Below, piece after piece: positions 1-9,612 of a DNA stretch of 49,550 nt. This stretch comes from an uncultured Rhodobacterales bacterium (GTDB lineage: Bacteria; Pseudomonadota; Alphaproteobacteria; Rhodobacterales; Rhodobacteraceae), in NCBI GenBank assembly GCA_964590545.1, contig CAZPXE010000001.1, positions 1-49,550 of the forward strand, given 5' to 3'. How positions within the stretch are numbered: position 1 is the stretch's first letter; the number at the start of each line of letters is the position of its first letter. The translations under genes were made by a program, and so were the position numbers. The notes under the pieces were generated by a model. The model was given only the letters and a program-made list of their open reading frames with translations, searched no databases and had not been told where the DNA came from.

Positions 1-181
1 CGGGACACAAGGAACGCCGCAATGGATCCAGCCAACAATTCCCAAGCACGGGTTGGCGCAAGATAGAAATTTGCAGAGGGGTAATTGCGCCATCCCCATT
101 CGGACAAAACGAGGCTGATTGCGGCAATGACGCAGATGCTCCAAAAAACGGGGTTTCGGCCAAACCGCCACATCAACAGCA
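1..181 (+). repeat. Terminal direct repeat (copy of 49370..49550), consistent with a circular-contig overlap
   Basis: 181-bp match to the window end with 3 differences (positions 54, 78, 126). Confidence 0.95.
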
Positions 182-641
182 GATAGATTGGAAAGAGAAC
201 GTAGTACTGTTCCTCTACCGCTAAGCTCCAAGTGTGAAGAAGTGGCTTTTCCTCGGCGGCCGCAGCGAAGTACCCCTCCTGCCGCCAGAAGATGATGTTT
301 GAAATGAAAAGGCTCACCGCAACGAGGCTGGAGCCAAAACTATAGATTTCATTCGGAAGCATCCATGCCCACGCAAAGGGCAAGCAGCAAAGCATCACGA
401 AAAACAGAGCGGGTAAAATCCGACGAGCGCGGCGCTCATAAAAGCGCCCCAGACTGAATTCACCTCGCGCCAATTCCTCAATTAGAATTGTAGTAATCAA
501 GTAGCCTGAGATGACAAAAAAGACGTCTACACCCACGAAGCCACCGCCAAATAGCTCAAGCCCTGCATGAAACAGGATGACGGGCACGACGGCCACAGCC
601 CGCAGGCCATCTATCTCCGGTCGATATTTCATGAGTGCCAT
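1..641 (-). CDS. 5' part of an acyltransferase-3 (OafA/OatA-like) protein with C-terminal SGNH domain; continues across the circular join into 49369..48145 (about 621 aa in total)
   Basis: The minus strand reads MALMKYRPEIDGLRAVAVVPVILFHA..GGFVGVDVFFVISGYLIT..FYERRARRILP..LHTWSLAVEEQYY, the standard AT3 motifs. SD-like GAGGAG lies 6 nt before ATG 641 (alternative ATG 632). 641+1225=1866 nt is in frame with 48145..49369. Confidence 0.9.
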   Translation of the reverse strand, partial: MALMKYRPEIDGLRAVAVVPVILFHAGLELFGGGFVGVDVFFVISGYLITTILIEELARGEFSLGRFYERRARRILPALFFVMLCCLPFAWAWMLPNEIYSFGSSLVAVSLFISNIIFWRQEGYFAAAAEEKPLLHTWSLAVEEQYYVLFPIYLLLMWRFGRNPVFWSICVIAAISLVLSEWGWRNYPSANFYLAPTRAWELLAGSIAAFLVS

Positions 642-653
642 GCCCGTCTCCTC

Positions 654-1739
654 TTAAAGGTTCAACATGTCGATAAATTCTTGAGCGAACATGCGATCGA
701 CCTCGTCGGTGTAGTGGTTGTCAGGCACGCGGCCGCTGCGATCGGCTGGGTCAAAAATCTCGGCTGTGGCCAGATATGCGATGTCCTCTGCCTCGAGGGT
801 TGATTTGGTGAGGGCTAGGATATCGGGGTCGAAGGGCCCGTTGGTTTGCACGAGGATCACGACAGGGATTTGGCCATCGCTGCGCGCGGTTTTGGCAAAC
901 TCGCTGACCATAAGGGGCAGGACCGTCTCGAAGGGGTAGACTTCGCCGTTCATGACATCAGCATCCACGGCGTCCAGGTGTGATTGCGCAAGGGCGCGGC
1001 GGGCAAGACGGGCGAGTGGAGAGACATCGAGCCAGGGCAAACCATAGGTGATTGGTGAATAGTAAGCGTCGCTTTGAGCAAGTTGATCATACCATGCCGC
1101 CCGCGCCACAGGGTCATCCGCCAGCGCGCGGTGTTGTGCAGGCGTTGTAACGAGGGGATCAAGGCGCAGCAGCCCGCCCATCTCGTCGGGTTGATAGATC
1201 GGAAAGGTCAGGGGCGCGGGCTGTTCAAAGACGCGGGTCTGGTTGCTGTGGGCCGCCATGGCCGGAACAACCGATGACAATATGCCAAGGACAACAATAT
1301 CTCCTGCGCGACGGTTGGCGCGATCGTCTTGAAACAGAGCATAAGTGAAATTAGGCGATCCGGCTGGGCCTGCGTGGGGTTCCCAAGCGAGATCGGGACG
1401 CAGCTGCAGGGCCTGTTCACGAATGTTGAGCGTGAACGACATGCCATAGCTGCGAATACGCGGCTCGCTCTCCGCAGGCTCGTTGGTGAAATCAGCCAGT
1501 GACGATGCGACCGTCTCAGACCGCCACCCGATGTCATAGAGATTGCCGATCAGGTTGGGTTGTTCCTCCCAACGTTCAAGTTTACCCGGAACGGATCGAC
1601 CGTACTCAAAGAAATAGACCAGTGAACCGAAGCGACCGGACCTGTCCGCCCAAGAGAGGGCCGTCGCGACGGCGACATCCAAGAGTGCCAGTAGAATAAG
1701 GGTTAACCCTGCAGTTTTGAGCGCGGATCGCATGGGCAC
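654..1739 (-). CDS. Membrane-anchored SGNH-like protein, probable periplasmic partner (AlgJ/AlgX/DltD-like role) of the adjacent MBOAT
   Basis: N-terminal TM helix; G-M-S-F block-I-like motif (IRSYGMSF); C-terminal DNHY (DxH). Starts 3 nt after the MBOAT stop. Confidence 0.6.
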   Translation of the reverse strand: MPMRSALKTAGLTLILLALLDVAVATALSWADRSGRFGSLVYFFEYGRSVPGKLERWEEQPNLIGNLYDIGWRSETVASSLADFTNEPAESEPRIRSYGMSFTLNIREQALQLRPDLAWEPHAGPAGSPNFTYALFQDDRANRRAGDIVVLGILSSVVPAMAAHSNQTRVFEQPAPLTFPIYQPDEMGGLLRLDPLVTTPAQHRALADDPVARAAWYDQLAQSDAYYSPITYGLPWLDVSPLARLARRALAQSHLDAVDADVMNGEVYPFETVLPLMVSEFAKTARSDGQIPVVILVQTNGPFDPDILALTKSTLEAEDIAYLATAEIFDPADRSGRVPDNHYTDEVDRMFAQEFIDMLNL

Positions 1740-1742
1740 CTC

Positions 1743-3173
1743 TTAGAATTGAAAGTAGATGAAACTGGATGTGGACGTTGTCGCACCGAAGGCAAAAAGG
1801 TAGATCATGACGGCCCAAAGCGCAGCGCGGATGATCATAGGCCAGCCGGAATAGAACCGTACATTCCCACTCCGCTCGGTAAACATATCCCAAACAAACA
1901 GGAACACCATGGCGAGTAGGGCGGGCAGAGGGGGCGTCGGTAGTGTTAGACCAAGTGGTGCTGTCGTCAGCCCCAGCAAAATGGCGGTAAACTCGCTGAT
2001 CTGTGCGAAAGACGTCGCGCGAAAGAGCAGCCAGCCGTAACAGACGACCTGAAAGAACGCGGCGATAGCGAAGATCCGTTTGAACCAACCCCAGAGGGTT
2101 CGGCTGGTGCCTTCGCCACTGTGACCGGTGCGCCCTGTCAGGGCCCGGTGGATAGACAATAGCGTGCCTTGATAGATGCCCCACAAGACAAAATTCCACG
2201 CCGCGCCATGCCAGAGGCCACCGAGGGTCATGGTGGCCATTAGATTGCGGTAGGTCTTGGTTGGCCCGCCTCGGTTGCCGCCCAACGAGATATAAAGATA
2301 GTCGCGCAGCCACGTCGACAGCGAGATATGCCAGCGGCGCCAGAACTCTTGAGGATCGGCTGCAAAATAGGGCTGTGCGAAGTTTCGCATGAGAGAGAAG
2401 CCCAGCATCTTGGCCACACCGCGTGCGATGTCGGTATACCCTGAAAAATCACAGTAAATCTGGATCGCAAAGAGCCATGTCGCAAAGAGAATATCCAACC
2501 GCGTCGGGTCGGGACTGCCATAGACAGCGTCCACGGAGGGCCCGATTGCATCTGCGATTACGACTTTCTTGATGAGCCCGATCAGGATCAGAACGCCGCC
2601 GCGCGAAAAGGCTTCCCATGTCAGGGTGCGGGGCTGAGAGATGTTTGGCAGCAGATTTTTGGCCCTCTCGATCGGGCCCGCAACGAGCTGGGGGAAGAAC
2701 GAGACAAACAAGGCGAAGTCGAGGAAATCCTCGGTGGGCTTCATATCCCTGCGGTAGATGTCGATTGTGTAGCTGAGGGTCTGGAATGTGTAAAACGAGA
2801 TGCCAACGGGCAGAACAATCGACAGAGTGAAGGGGTCTGCGTTATAGCCCCACCCGGCGAGCATCGCCGAGAAACTGTCGATAAAGAACCCCAGATATTT
2901 GAAGACAGCAAGCATGCCGAGGTTGCAAGCCAGTGAAATGTACAAGAGCCGTTTGCGCCGGGTTTCGCGCGTCTCTTGCTCCATTGCGAGACCGACGAAA
3001 TAGTCAATGATTGTGCTGAGCAGGATCAGACTAAGAAATCGCCAATCCCACGCTCCGTAGAAGATGTAGGATGCCACGAGCAGCATGCGGTTTTGGGCTT
3101 TATGCGCCAGCAAGACATAGGCCAGCCCTACTATCGCGAAAAAGCCCCAAAAACTCAGCGTCGTAAAAAGCAT
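1743..3173 (-). CDS. MBOAT family O-acyltransferase (AlgI/DltB-like)
   Basis: Motifs LPVGISFYTFQTLSYTID, FFPQLVAGPIER, QIYCDFSGYTD, FWRRWHISLSTWLRDYLYI, GLWHGAAWNFV; ends FIYFQF. Confidence 0.95.
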   Translation of the reverse strand: MLFTTLSFWGFFAIVGLAYVLLAHKAQNRMLLVASYIFYGAWDWRFLSLILLSTIIDYFVGLAMEQETRETRRKRLLYISLACNLGMLAVFKYLGFFIDSFSAMLAGWGYNADPFTLSIVLPVGISFYTFQTLSYTIDIYRRDMKPTEDFLDFALFVSFFPQLVAGPIERAKNLLPNISQPRTLTWEAFSRGGVLILIGLIKKVVIADAIGPSVDAVYGSPDPTRLDILFATWLFAIQIYCDFSGYTDIARGVAKMLGFSLMRNFAQPYFAADPQEFWRRWHISLSTWLRDYLYISLGGNRGGPTKTYRNLMATMTLGGLWHGAAWNFVLWGIYQGTLLSIHRALTGRTGHSGEGTSRTLWGWFKRIFAIAAFFQVVCYGWLLFRATSFAQISEFTAILLGLTTAPLGLTLPTPPLPALLAMVFLFVWDMFTERSGNVRFYSGWPMIIRAALWAVMIYLFAFGATTSTSSFIYFQF

Positions 3174-3493
3174 ATACCTGTCAAATCATGATCAAGCCCC
3201 GAGAATGAGTGTGCTTGGCCATCCAGCCTAAAAAGGAAATCGTGCAAAGGCTTAGGTGCAAAGCGGCAGCTGATGCAAGCTGTGAGACTGTCGTACCCAG
3301 AGTTTTTCAATGTTGGTGCGTGTTTCTGGAAACAATCACCAACAAGAGGTACAAATGGTGCCAGATCACGCCGTATTTACATCATTTTTTCGCCAGAGCG
3401 ATGTATATAGAGTATCCATTAAAGGTGGAATCTGACAAATATCTTAGGGTTCTACGTAAACACGTCATTTTATTGAAGATTGTATTGGTGCCC

Positions 3494-5092
3494 ATGTCCA
3501 AAACTATTCAGCCTGCGCCGAGTTTGGTGTCCTATTTTACGCATTGGGGTGTATTCTGGTTGCTCGTAGCGATCATTGGCGCCGGTATCTTCTTTAGCGA
3601 CGGTATCAATACGATGCTGGTGGCGTGGCAATTGCCAGAATACAGCCACGGTCCGTTGATACCCGTACTTTCGGGCTTCCTGTTTCTCAAGCAGCTGAAA
3701 GACTATCCCATCAATCCTGATGTTCATCGCAACCGCTGGCCGGGTGTGTTCCTGGTCGCGTTCTCGCTGTTGCTTGCCACATTGGGCATTATGTCCGGGA
3801 TCGGTGATTTCGTCGCCTATGCCCTAATCCTCTGGGTGGGTGGCATTCTTCTGGTCAGCTGGGGGTGGGACACAGGCAAGCATTTTTGGCCCGGTGTCGT
3901 GCACCTTGTCTACATGCTGCCTTTGCCCGGTGTCATCTACTTCAAAGTAACGACATCATTGCAATTGGTGTCTTCTGAACTGGGCGTATTCTTCCTGCGT
4001 ATGCTGGATGTTCCGGTCTTTCTGGATGGGAATATCATTGATCTGGGGACGTTGAAGCTGCATGTTGCCGAGGCCTGTTCGGGCCTGCGCTATATGTTCC
4101 CGATCATGAGCTTTTCCTACATCTTTGCCACGCTCTATCGTGGTCCAGCCTGGCATAAGGTGACCTTGCTGCTTGCCGCCGTTCCGATTGCGATTTTCAT
4201 GAATTCTGTGCGGATCGCTGTGGCGGGTGTCATCGTGCAGCATTACGGGAATGAGTGGCTCGAAGGGTTTACGCATTTCTTTGAAGGCTGGGTGATTTTC
4301 CTTTTCTGTATTGCAATCTTGTTCGGCTTGGCCTGGTTGATGCTCTTTTTGCACCCAGAGCGTCCGGGGCTTGTACAAGCGCTTGATTTGGATACTGACG
4401 GACTGGGCACGCAATTGGGGCGTGTGCAGTATGTGCAGGCGTCCAAGGCATTGGTCACATCCAGCGTTTTGGTGATTGCCGGTGTGCTGGCATTGCAGGC
4501 ACTGCCAGAGCGGGGCGGCATAGCGCCCGAACGCGATAGCTTCGCGCTTTTCCCACGAAGCATTGGTCAGTGGGACCAGCAGGGCCCAAGCCGTATGTTG
4601 TCTTCTGATGTCGTGGCAACGCTTGGGGCGGATGATTATCATCAGGTCACGTTCACGCGGGCCGGTGAACAATACCCGGTTGATCTGTTCATGGCGTGGT
4701 ATGACGATCAAAGCCAAGGCGGGGTGCACAGTCCTGAGATATGTCTGCCTGGTGCCGGCTGGGAAATTGCTTGGCTGGAGCGCAGTGACATCACCCAAAC
4801 AGTTGGTTCGGATGTGCCGTTCAACATCAACCGCGCTGTCATCCAACAGGGTGAGACACGCATGATGGTTTACTACTGGTTCCGGCAAAAGGAACGTCGG
4901 ATCGCGTTGGATTTCGCCGCCAAGTACTGGCTGATGATCGACGGTATTCGCACGGGGCGGACAGATGGATCCCTGATCCGGCTGACCACAATGATTGGCC
5001 CTGACGAAAGTGATGCAGAAGCCGAGGTCCGTCTTATGGATATGCTGATCGAATTGCAGGACCCACTTGTAAGATTTATCCCTGAGGAATGA
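3494..5092 (+). CDS. xrtD: VPLPA-CTERM-specific exosortase with C-terminal EpsI-like domain
   Basis: PEYSHG N-terminal motif; Cys/Arg/His catalytic motifs VAEACSGLRY, NSVRI, THFFEGW; EpsI-type HSPEICLPGAGW and RTDGSLIRL. Start moved from 3209 to ATG 3494. VPLPA-CTERM genes occur on the same replicon. Confidence 0.9.
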   Translation: MSKTIQPAPSLVSYFTHWGVFWLLVAIIGAGIFFSDGINTMLVAWQLPEYSHGPLIPVLSGFLFLKQLKDYPINPDVHRNRWPGVFLVAFSLLLATLGIMSGIGDFVAYALILWVGGILLVSWGWDTGKHFWPGVVHLVYMLPLPGVIYFKVTTSLQLVSSELGVFFLRMLDVPVFLDGNIIDLGTLKLHVAEACSGLRYMFPIMSFSYIFATLYRGPAWHKVTLLLAAVPIAIFMNSVRIAVAGVIVQHYGNEWLEGFTHFFEGWVIFLFCIAILFGLAWLMLFLHPERPGLVQALDLDTDGLGTQLGRVQYVQASKALVTSSVLVIAGVLALQALPERGGIAPERDSFALFPRSIGQWDQQGPSRMLSSDVVATLGADDYHQVTFTRAGEQYPVDLFMAWYDDQSQGGVHSPEICLPGAGWEIAWLERSDITQTVGSDVPFNINRAVIQQGETRMMVYYWFRQKERRIALDFAAKYWLMIDGIRTGRTDGSLIRLTTMIGPDESDAEAEVRLMDMLIELQDPLVRFIPEE

Positions 5093-7026
5093 CGCAGGCC
5101 ACTGGACATAGGCTCTGGTTTCAGAGCCTGGCTATTCTGGCGTGTCTTTTTGGGTGGGCGTGTGGGCTGTCCGCGCAACCCATGCAGGAACAGTATCTTC
5201 CGCTTGATGGTTGGATCACTGAGGACGGGCGCAGCGTCCATCTGACGTGGCGCGACGCGCCTCAAGCACCTCGCGCTACGATCGAGGTCTATCGCAGGCC
5301 CTACGGGGCTACAGGTGGCGAAAGCTGGCAAATCATCGAGGTCGAAGACCAACAAGGTTTGCATGTGGTTGATCCCAACACGCAGCCAGGATTGGCGTAT
5401 GAATACCGTGTCCTGCGGCGCAATCCCGATGGTCAGGCCAGGGATGTCGGGTATTGGCTGGCTGGCCGAAATCTTCCGTTGCCGGGCGCAACTAGGATCG
5501 TACATCTTGTCGTAGAACAGTCGATGCAGGTGCAAATCGCACCCCACCTTGTTCGGTTTCAACGCGATCTGATCGGTGAGGGGTGGCAGATACGTCGCTA
5601 CGGGATGCCGCGTCATAGCAGCACCGCCGACCGCGATAATCTGGTGGCTATCGGGGGGCTTAAACAGCAACTTCAGGAGAGTTACGCTGCAGCGCCGGAT
5701 GTGACACATGCCGTCATCCTGATCGGCCATGTGCCCTTTGCACGCAGTGGGATAGGTGCCCCGGATGGGCATGAACCCGCCCCGCACGCTACGGATTTGA
5801 TCTACGGGGATGTTGATGGCCAATGGCGTGTCGCACGGGACGGGATCTTGCAAAACAACCAGCTTCCGAGTGACGCAATCGAAATGCAGGTGGGCCGGAT
5901 TGATTTTGCTCCGCTCGTGGAAGGTGATATGGCCCGCGAAGTTGGACTTCTGCGGGATTACTTCGACAAAAACCACAACTGGCGCCACGCGCGCTTGGGT
6001 GATCTTCGTGAAGGATATGGCGAAGGGAACGGTCTGATCGGAGAGCTTACGGCTTTGCGCAACGTCGTCGGGCCAGACGCGATCACAGAAGGCGGTCACC
6101 ATGATATCGGGGAGAGCCAGCCATGGCTCTGGGGTGTCGATTTCGGGGAAGGTGCTGGCCATGTTTATGCCGAGCGTTTCGCGAACCGTGCCGTTTTTGC
6201 GATCAACTTTGGCAGTCACAAACAGCGTATCGACAGACCGCGTAACGCGATGGCTGCTCTTCTTGCACAGCCTTGGTATCCATTGGCTGTGGGGTGGGGC
6301 GCTCGTCCTGCATGGTGGCTGCATCATATGGCTTTGGGCGGAAGTATCGGCGACGTCCATATGCGTACCGTCAACAATGGCATCGCGACACAACCCTATG
6401 CCGACAGCATGGATTACTATCCGACCGGGCTGTATTTGTTGCGTAACCCAGTCTGGGTCAATCTGCTGGGCGATCCGACAGTGCGCGCCTTCCCTCTCGG
6501 TCCGCCGACCGCGTTTCGCGCGCAGACTGTGGACGGTGCTGTCCAGCTGTCTTGGAACGCCGCAACAGATCCGGATGTGAGCGGTTATGTGGTCTCTGCA
6601 AGCGATGCTGATGGTCGCATGTCAGTGATTAGCGGCGCGACACCCATTATGGGAACTGAGCTGATCGATCCTGTCCCGCGTCAGCTTTATATGATCCGTG
6701 CCATCGGGCTAAAGCAGGTCCATGCAGGATCATTTCAGGCTCTATCACAGGGGGTTTTGGCAAATTTGGATCAACCCCCAATTCAAGCGCCCGATTGGGT
6801 CGCTTCTGTCCCAATAGCGGGCACCCTTTTGCTCCCACCCCCCGACGGGGCGGATATCTTTGGCTTCGTGACCGGCCCTGAACACGGCGCTTTGATCCGA
6901 ACGGCCCAAGGTTGGACCTATACGCCACCGCCTGATTTCACCGGGATCATTGAACTGCCCTATGTCGTGTCAGACGGGCTGACCAGCGCAGAGGGCCGCA
7001 TGACTATTACAGTAGGTGACGAATAA
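5089..7026 (+). CDS. Secreted multidomain protein: FN3-like, peptidase C25 (gingipain)-like core, FN3-like, Ig/cadherin-like
   Basis: Signal peptide; AVILIGHVPF..TDLIYGDVDG..MQVGRI..NLLGDPT pattern typical of C25-fold proteins; VQLSWNAATDPDVSGY (FN3); WTYTPPPDFTG..YVVSDG (Big_9-like). ATGA overlap with xrtD. Confidence 0.6.
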   Translation: MTQATGHRLWFQSLAILACLFGWACGLSAQPMQEQYLPLDGWITEDGRSVHLTWRDAPQAPRATIEVYRRPYGATGGESWQIIEVEDQQGLHVVDPNTQPGLAYEYRVLRRNPDGQARDVGYWLAGRNLPLPGATRIVHLVVEQSMQVQIAPHLVRFQRDLIGEGWQIRRYGMPRHSSTADRDNLVAIGGLKQQLQESYAAAPDVTHAVILIGHVPFARSGIGAPDGHEPAPHATDLIYGDVDGQWRVARDGILQNNQLPSDAIEMQVGRIDFAPLVEGDMAREVGLLRDYFDKNHNWRHARLGDLREGYGEGNGLIGELTALRNVVGPDAITEGGHHDIGESQPWLWGVDFGEGAGHVYAERFANRAVFAINFGSHKQRIDRPRNAMAALLAQPWYPLAVGWGARPAWWLHHMALGGSIGDVHMRTVNNGIATQPYADSMDYYPTGLYLLRNPVWVNLLGDPTVRAFPLGPPTAFRAQTVDGAVQLSWNAATDPDVSGYVVSASDADGRMSVISGATPIMGTELIDPVPRQLYMIRAIGLKQVHAGSFQALSQGVLANLDQPPIQAPDWVASVPIAGTLLLPPPDGADIFGFVTGPEHGALIRTAQGWTYTPPPDFTGIIELPYVVSDGLTSAEGRMTITVGDE

Positions 7027-7109
7027 GGGCGAAGCGGCTAATACATGCCCGACGCGAGTCAGGTGAATTTCTAGGATCACCGCAAGAAGCAGGCAGTTCG
7101 AAACATAAT

Positions 7110-8486
7110 ATGAGCGCATCGTCAGGGTCGTTCCGGTCCCAACTCTCAACGGCATCAAAGTACCTCACCATCCGATTTGCCTCCAACATTGGGCTGCGCT
7201 TGGTGTCTACCATTGTGTTGACGCGCTTGTTGGCCCCTGAAATCTATGGCGTCTTCGCCGTCGTTCTTGTCTACATGTATATCCTCGAAATGATGTCGGA
7301 CTTAGGGCTGCGATCCCTTGTTTTGACCCGTGAGGGCGAGGTGACAGACACGTTTCTGAGGACATGTTGGACGATTTCAATCCTGCGGGGCGGTGTAATT
7401 CTGGTGTTCTCGGGCCTGTTGTCGTTGGTTTTTGCAATGGCCCAAAACGCGGGCTGGTTTGCCCAGGACAGCGCCTATGCAGCGGCCGTCTTACCCGCAG
7501 CGATCGTGTTTCTTGGGGTTGGTGCCTTGATCCAGGGCTTCGAGACGCCAATGCGTTTCATGAGCGAACGCAATATGGCCTTTGGACGGCTCACAGCCGT
7601 TGATCTGACACGCAATGTTGTCACATTGGCAGTCACTGTTGCGTTGGCCTTCTATCTGCGGTCGGTCTGGGCGTTGGTGATCGGGCAAATGGTGCGTTCT
7701 ATTGTACATGTAGCGCTGAGCCACATCGTTTTCCCCGGGCCGAGGCTCGCCTTGTCTTTTGATCGCGAAAGTGTCGGTGTTCTGATCAACCGCGGAAAAT
7801 GGGTATTGGGTCAGTCAACGCTGACCGTTCTCTCGCAGGCGTTTGACCGGATCTTTTTAGGGTTTGTCATGAGCTCGACAACGTTTGGCTTTTATTACAC
7901 AGCACGCCAGTTGGTTGATCTGGTCCCGCAGTTCTTACAGGCGTTGAATAACTCTGTGATCTTGCAGGTTTTCCGCAAGCTGCATCAATCGACACCACAG
8001 GAATTCAGACGCAACTATTACCGGTATCGCCTGATCCTTGATGGGGCTGCAGGTCTGGTTGCCGGGGGGTTGATCTCTCTGGCGCCGTTGCTCGTGGATA
8101 TCATCTTTGATGATCGCTATGCCGGCGTCGCACCGATCATGCAGATCCTGAGCCTTTCAATCCTGATCTTTGGGATCAACATTTTGCAGAATGCCTTCAA
8201 TGCCGAACAACGGTTTGACGTCGTCACGAAACTATCAGTCATTTCTGTTATGTGTCTGGTTGGTGGGCTGACGTTCGCCACTTTTGTCTTGGACTCTGTC
8301 ACGGCTGCCCTGTTTGTGGTTGCCTTGCATCGACTGCCAGAAGGACTTGTTGTGACGGTGATGGGCCAGCGCCGTGGATGGGTCGTCATATGGCGAGAGG
8401 GCATTATTCTGGCGGTGTTTGCCTTGGGAGTTCTGCTCGGGTGGGGTGTGCTATACTTAGCTGAACGGGTCTTCTTTGCGGCCTAA
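7110..8486 (+). CDS. wzx: Oligosaccharide flippase (Wzx family)
   Basis: IVLTRLLAPEIYGVFA..SDLGL motif, multiple TM helices, DRIFLG..FGFYYTA. Confidence 0.85.
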   Translation: MSASSGSFRSQLSTASKYLTIRFASNIGLRLVSTIVLTRLLAPEIYGVFAVVLVYMYILEMMSDLGLRSLVLTREGEVTDTFLRTCWTISILRGGVILVFSGLLSLVFAMAQNAGWFAQDSAYAAAVLPAAIVFLGVGALIQGFETPMRFMSERNMAFGRLTAVDLTRNVVTLAVTVALAFYLRSVWALVIGQMVRSIVHVALSHIVFPGPRLALSFDRESVGVLINRGKWVLGQSTLTVLSQAFDRIFLGFVMSSTTFGFYYTARQLVDLVPQFLQALNNSVILQVFRKLHQSTPQEFRRNYYRYRLILDGAAGLVAGGLISLAPLLVDIIFDDRYAGVAPIMQILSLSILIFGINILQNAFNAEQRFDVVTKLSVISVMCLVGGLTFATFVLDSVTAALFVVALHRLPEGLVVTVMGQRRGWVVIWREGIILAVFALGVLLGWGVLYLAERVFFAA

Positions 8487-8490
8487 TGGA

Positions 8491-9540
8491 TCAACCGTGG
8501 ATCAAGCCCTCGATCTTTGAAAACGCATCCAGAACCCCGGCGTCAAAGTTCGCCCTGTTATACCTTTGCGTGATGATCTGGGACGCGGTGTGGCGCAGAT
8601 CATCAAGACCCTCTGGCTGATCCCGATAGCTTGAAACAATGCGGACGGTTTCTTCGAAAAACTGTGTCACGTTGTTTTCTGGAATTGGAAAACCGGTCGT
8701 TTCGTCGAAGAACTCGTCTCCTCCGACACCAGCATAACCGATCACCACGCTGCCTGTTGCCATGGCCTCGGCTGGGGGAAGGCCGAACCCTTCGCGGTCT
8801 GAGAACGACAAGAAGAACAGCGACTCTCGGATAAGATGCGCGGCGTCACGTGTTGTCAGTCCGTCGATGGGGACGAAGGGTACGTCTTTCAGCCGAAGAT
8901 CGGCCCGCAGCGTTTTGACCAGCGCCGTCGCCTCGCCACCGCGTTTTCGAGGCATGTATGCGATCTGAAATTTCTTTTCCGGCTGATAGGCATACAGATC
9001 ATCGGAAATATAGAGAGGGAACGTCACCGGATCTTTGCCTAAAACCATCCGACTGGCCGCCGAACAGGCCTCTGATATCGTGAGCGAGGTAACGTATTTG
9101 TCCTTATCGAACCCTGGTTTTACGAATGCATACAGCGTCGAGAACGGGTTTTGGTTGAATAGGATCAGTGGCAGATCCTTAGGCAACTTGTCCGGCATCC
9201 ATTCTGAAACCCATTCCGGGACAACCAAGACATCGCCGTCCTGCCTGACCCATTCGTCGCAGGGTTCGGCATTCTTTGGGGGCCGTTTGTTGCGTCCAAA
9301 AGCAATATCTCGCAGGTAGCGGGCCTTGTTTTTCAGCCCTGTCGTGTCACGGGATCGGCGCATAGTTGTTGACCACACACGAGGTGCACGGGTTGTGTGA
9401 ATGTCATATTCAAAATCCGGACGATCATAGATCGCCAGGGCAGGGGTTCCATTTGCATTGAGCACATCAATGACGTCGAGCGTCACGGAAATCCCACCTC
9501 GCGCAACCGGCGTGTCCGGAATGAAGAACAAAAACCGCAT
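8491..9540 (-). CDS. Glycosyltransferase, GT-B fold (GT4-like)
   Basis: IAYMPRK and REGFGLPPAEAMATGSVVIGY (ExFG..E motif). Start at ATG 9540; ORF extends to 9585. Confidence 0.85.
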   Translation of the reverse strand: MRFLFFIPDTPVARGGISVTLDVIDVLNANGTPALAIYDRPDFEYDIHTTRAPRVWSTTMRRSRDTTGLKNKARYLRDIAFGRNKRPPKNAEPCDEWVRQDGDVLVVPEWVSEWMPDKLPKDLPLILFNQNPFSTLYAFVKPGFDKDKYVTSLTISEACSAASRMVLGKDPVTFPLYISDDLYAYQPEKKFQIAYMPRKRGGEATALVKTLRADLRLKDVPFVPIDGLTTRDAAHLIRESLFFLSFSDREGFGLPPAEAMATGSVVIGYAGVGGDEFFDETTGFPIPENNVTQFFEETVRIVSSYRDQPEGLDDLRHTASQIITQRYNRANFDAGVLDAFSKIEGLIHG

Positions 9541-9612
9541 GTTTAGACTCTGCTTTTCTGGCGAAGGTGTACGGAGCGACAACACAAACAGTACAATCGA
9601 CGGGTCCGCATG

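Noticed and set aside
3209-3493. N-terminal extension of xrtD in the ORF track (similar cases at 15107-15325 and 16118-16402)
   Set aside because: AT-rich promoter-like or overlapping sequence; family homology and coupled starts begin downstream.
3956-6393. Long antisense ORFs (310 aa and 506 aa) opposite xrtD and the C25-like gene
   Set aside because: No recognisable motifs; fully overlap well-supported plus-strand genes; typical shadow ORFs in GC-rich DNA.
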